Positions 63,101 to 64,000 of a stretch of 64,000 bases of DNA are shown here, in pieces; position 1 is the stretch's first letter; each line of letters begins with the position of its first letter. Below the pieces are notes generated by a model, which was given only the letters and a program-made list of their open reading frames with translations, was not told the origin of the DNA and did no database searches. Made by a program: the position numbers and the translations under genes. The DNA is from Fistulifera solaris (taxonomy: Eukaryota): positions 496,001-560,000 of the forward strand of contig AP026153.1 of assembly GCA_030295235.1 (NCBI GenBank), read 5' to 3'.

Positions 63101-64000
63101 CTGGAATCGCCATTTCACGACCCTAGTGTGACAGCTCCGGTTAACTATGAAATTTCGGTAATGGTGACTAAGCCCCTTACGGATAGTCTAATGCAGAATT
63201 CGGAACTTGATGTGGCGGCTTATCATAAGCATGCCAAAGCAACCCGTACACGCTGCTAAGGGCGCCCGTATAGACAGAGATTTGAAGACCCTGCAAGCAT
63301 CTGTAAAACAGAACGCCCTGTAGAAGTCAGAGCGTCTCGAAAGGGCAAAGGAGACCGGGAATTGGTTGACTGTGCATCCGATGCGCATCAACGGTACCAC
63401 CTTGTCATGTGACGAATTTCGTGACAGCATCCGAATCCGCTTAGGCCTGCCCTTACTTGGACTAAACGAAACCTGTGATGGATGCGGTGACAAATTCTCG
63501 TTTAGCATTCACAAGATTGTCCACATGGTGGACTAGTCTCTATCCGACATGATGACATGAAGAAGGAATTTCTATTTATTTGTCAGCAGGCTATGCCCGG
63601 CGAAACATTCGCGACGAACCTCCCATCTACCCTGGTGGCGGACGCACAGTTGAGACAATGCATGATATTGATGAAACTAGAGGTGATATCTCCGTGTATG
63701 AATTTTGGAAAAGACGTCGTCTCACCATGTTTGATGTATCTATCGTTGACACTGAGGCTGATTCCTATGTTACCACTGACCCTAAAATTCTTTTTAGCAA
63801 GACGGCCGAAAAAGAGAAATTCGACAAACATGGCCCCAAATGTGAAGCCCAACGTATTGATTTCACCCCGTTGGTCTTTTCCGGCAGATGGATTGATTGG
63901 AAAGCAGGCTAATCTTGCGATCAAAAAGCTTGCTGGGAAATTAGCACTAAAATGGGACAAACAGTATTCTGTTGTATGTGGCTATGTCCGCTCGATTGAG
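60176..64000 (+). mobile_element. CRE-like non-LTR retrotransposon with restriction-like endonuclease; many frameshifts; runs off the window
   Basis: Cys-rich CXC-like N-terminus (60575-60675); GSGGPSGID; RT motifs AFNELNR, GITQGDPMS and WYADD; CDGC..H..C knuckle with RHD; RGD..FDV..AEKEK..FTPLVF endonuclease region. Confidence 0.9.

Overview
This is eukaryotic nuclear DNA, almost certainly from a diatom (short GT-AG introns, an 'AFAP' bipartite plastid presequence, diatom-type gene families; a raphid pennate such as Fistulifera is a plausible inference). The window holds about 30 protein-coding genes, including DNA polymerase alpha, HemC, Rab18, ABCG and ABCB transporters, a cobalamin adenosyltransferase fusion, a multicopper oxidase, calpain, an HSF and Tab2. 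Many conserved genes carry single-base frameshifts in homopolymers, which points to uncorrected long-read assembly errors rather than pseudogenes. The main non-genic structures are: (1) a degenerate ~52-bp array built on the palindrome TTCCAGAWTTTCTGGAA (10.2-13.2 kb); (2) an internally deleted P-element-like transposon (11089-13031, 8-bp TSD) inserted in that array; (3) a ~494-bp foldback MITE with CATG termini; (4) a CRE-like RLE non-LTR retrotransposon inserted into a phosphatase gene and running off the right end; (5) a recurrent intergenic ACTAT-N8-GTGT motif, often in pairs 210-241 bp apart. All family assignments come from motif recognition by eye; no database searches were run.
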